From an uncultured Bacteroidales bacterium (GTDB lineage: Bacteria; Bacteroidota; Bacteroidia; Bacteroidales; GCA-2748055): DNA of 64,000 nt. The stretch spans positions 20,090 through 84,089 of the forward strand of contig CAVXNX010000025.1 in assembly GCA_963763215.1 (NCBI GenBank). The letters run 5' to 3'. The translations under genes and the position numbers were made by a program. How positions within the stretch are numbered: position 1 is the first letter of the stretch; every line of letters begins with the position of its first letter. Positions 63,017 to 64,000 of the stretch are shown here, piece by piece. Below the pieces are notes generated by a model. That model was not told the DNA's origin. It was given only the letters and a program-made list of their open reading frames with translations, and made no database searches.

Positions 63017-63292
63017 TCGTGGGTCGGCAAAAAAAACAAATGTGCTTGAAGGTGAGAAGGGTCTTTCAGCATGTTGCCCAACATTCGGCCATGCCGGATA
63101 TCCCCAAGGGACCAGTGACATTGTCTTCCGCGACATCGCGTTACCGGTTGACACAGTTGGAAGGGCAATCCGTAGTCAGGAAATATTTATCCGGCTATGC
63201 CGCAGATCAGACTCGCGGGATCGTCAGGGTGAGATTCCGGGAACAAATCCCCCGGCGCCGTTTTTTCATTTCCCTCACCGCTTCACATGGCT

Positions 63293-64000
63293 TCATTCCC
63301 CGATGTTGCCAAGCCATTCGGCCACCGTTTCAGGGCTCAGACCTGGCAAATCCAGCTTGTTTTTCTTCTTAAACCCATTGAGATCGTTCGCCAGTTTGCC
63401 GGGTTTCCCGGCGGCTTTCAGCTTTTCGATACTGGTGAACCCAAGTTTCTGAAGGGTCTCGACCCATTCTTCGGGTATGCCGAGTTCAGTGTACTTGCCC
63501 GGGTCGTCGGTGAGGAGCTGCTGTTTCTTTTCCGGTTTCATCTGGGGAAAGAAGATCACATCCTGAATGGAGGTACTGTTGGTCATGATCATGGCCAGCC
63601 GGTCGATCCCGATGCCAAGACCGGCGGTGGGGGGCATACCGTATTCCAGGGCGCGGAGGAAATCTTCATCGAGGACCATGGCTTCCTCATCGCCCCGTTT
63701 TCCGAGCTGGATCTGCATCTCAAAACGTTCCCGCTGGTCGATGGGATCGTTCAGTTCGGAGAAGGCATTGCAGAGTTCTTTGCCGTTGCAGATGGCCTCG
63801 AATCGTTCGACAAGCCCCTGGAGTGAACGGTGTTTCTTTGCCAGCGGTGACATTTCGATAGGGTAATCGGTGATAAACACCGGCTGGATGAGGTTCGGTT
63901 CGCATTTCTCCCCGAAGATCTCATCGATGATCTTGCCTTTGCCCATGGTATCATCAAGCTCCACTCCCAGCATGCCGGCGGTTTTACGGAGCTCTTCCTC
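63293..64000 (-). CDS. lysS: Lysine--tRNA ligase, C-terminal part (the gene continues beyond the window)
   Basis: Class II motif 3 region ..[21 protein letters not shown].., followed by a ~85-aa C-terminal extension. The N-terminus lies outside the window. Confidence 0.85.
   Translation of the reverse strand, partial: EEELRKTAGMLGVELDDTMGKGKIIDEIFGEKCEPNLIQPVFITDYPIEMSPLAKKHRSLQGLVERFEAICNGKELCNAFSELNDPIDQRERFEMQIQLGKRGDEEAMVLDEDFLRALEYGMPPTAGLGIGIDRLAMIMTNSTSIQDVIFFPQMKPEKKQQLLTDDPGKYTELGIPEEWVETLQKLGFTSIEKLKAAGKPGKLANDLNGFKKKNKLDLPGLSPETVAEWLGNIGE

Noticed and set aside
1-64000. Frame breaks as programmed ribosomal frameshifting or recoding
   Set aside because: There are too many sites, in unrelated genes, without a shared slippery heptamer or downstream structure. 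Both +1 and -1 corrections are needed. The four junctions I checked base by base coincide with plain homopolymers, the signature of consensus error.
1-64000. CRISPR arrays, IS elements or transposases, integrases, prophage modules, reverse transcriptases, restriction-modification or toxin-antitoxin pairs
   Set aside because: I looked through the intergenic regions (1-353, 14021-14308, 28697-28871, 37837-38121, 38392-38639, 46229-46573, 61451-61999) and all ORFs of at least 60 aa. I found no spaced direct repeats, terminal inverted repeats or diagnostic motifs for these classes.

Overview
This window looks like a chromosomal segment from a Bacteroidota-type bacterium. The evidence is a T9SS C-terminal sorting domain, PorT/PorQ-like barrels, TAnnTTTG -7 boxes, the gene order rsfS-ftsH-DUF2007-cdsA-psd, and L31 type B. 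An FprA flavodiiron protein hints at an anaerobic or microaerophilic lifestyle. I count about 50 protein genes plus tRNA-His(GUG).

Most genes are housekeeping: plsC, parE-parC-aroK, fprA, psd, cdsA, ftsH, rsfS, birA, pyrE, coaD, lon, rpmE2, lplA, obg, adk, hpt, purE, recJ and lysS (partial).

The accessory or less ordinary content is:
- A GH92 mannosidase.
- A STAND NTPase-TM-WD40 protein (14309-17460), followed on the same strand by an outer-membrane barrel, a 7-repeat lipoprotein and a large PKD/T9SS cargo.
- A methyltransferase-GT4-AsnB-like operon next to tRNA-His.
- A 1720-aa single-chain CheB-CheR-5xPAS-HisKA-HATPase-REC-HPt protein.
- A PorQ-like barrel next to a ComEA-like HhH protein.
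- A low-GC insertion between recJ and lysS that carries an AlbA_2/HATPase_c_4 (Schlafen-like) gene.

A dominant property of the window is that at least 16 conserved genes need one or more frame changes, including ftsH, lon, obg and birA. The four junctions I checked base by base lie in short homopolymers. Several multi-kb ORFs nearby are uninterrupted.

I recognised no CRISPR array, IS element, integrase, prophage, reverse transcriptase or toxin-antitoxin pair. All family calls are made by eye from motifs in the translated ORFs; no database search was run. The best candidates for something new are the STAND/WD40 locus with its envelope neighbours and the self-contained CheBR-phosphorelay protein with its EEL heptad array. 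Neither is proven to be a novel system.
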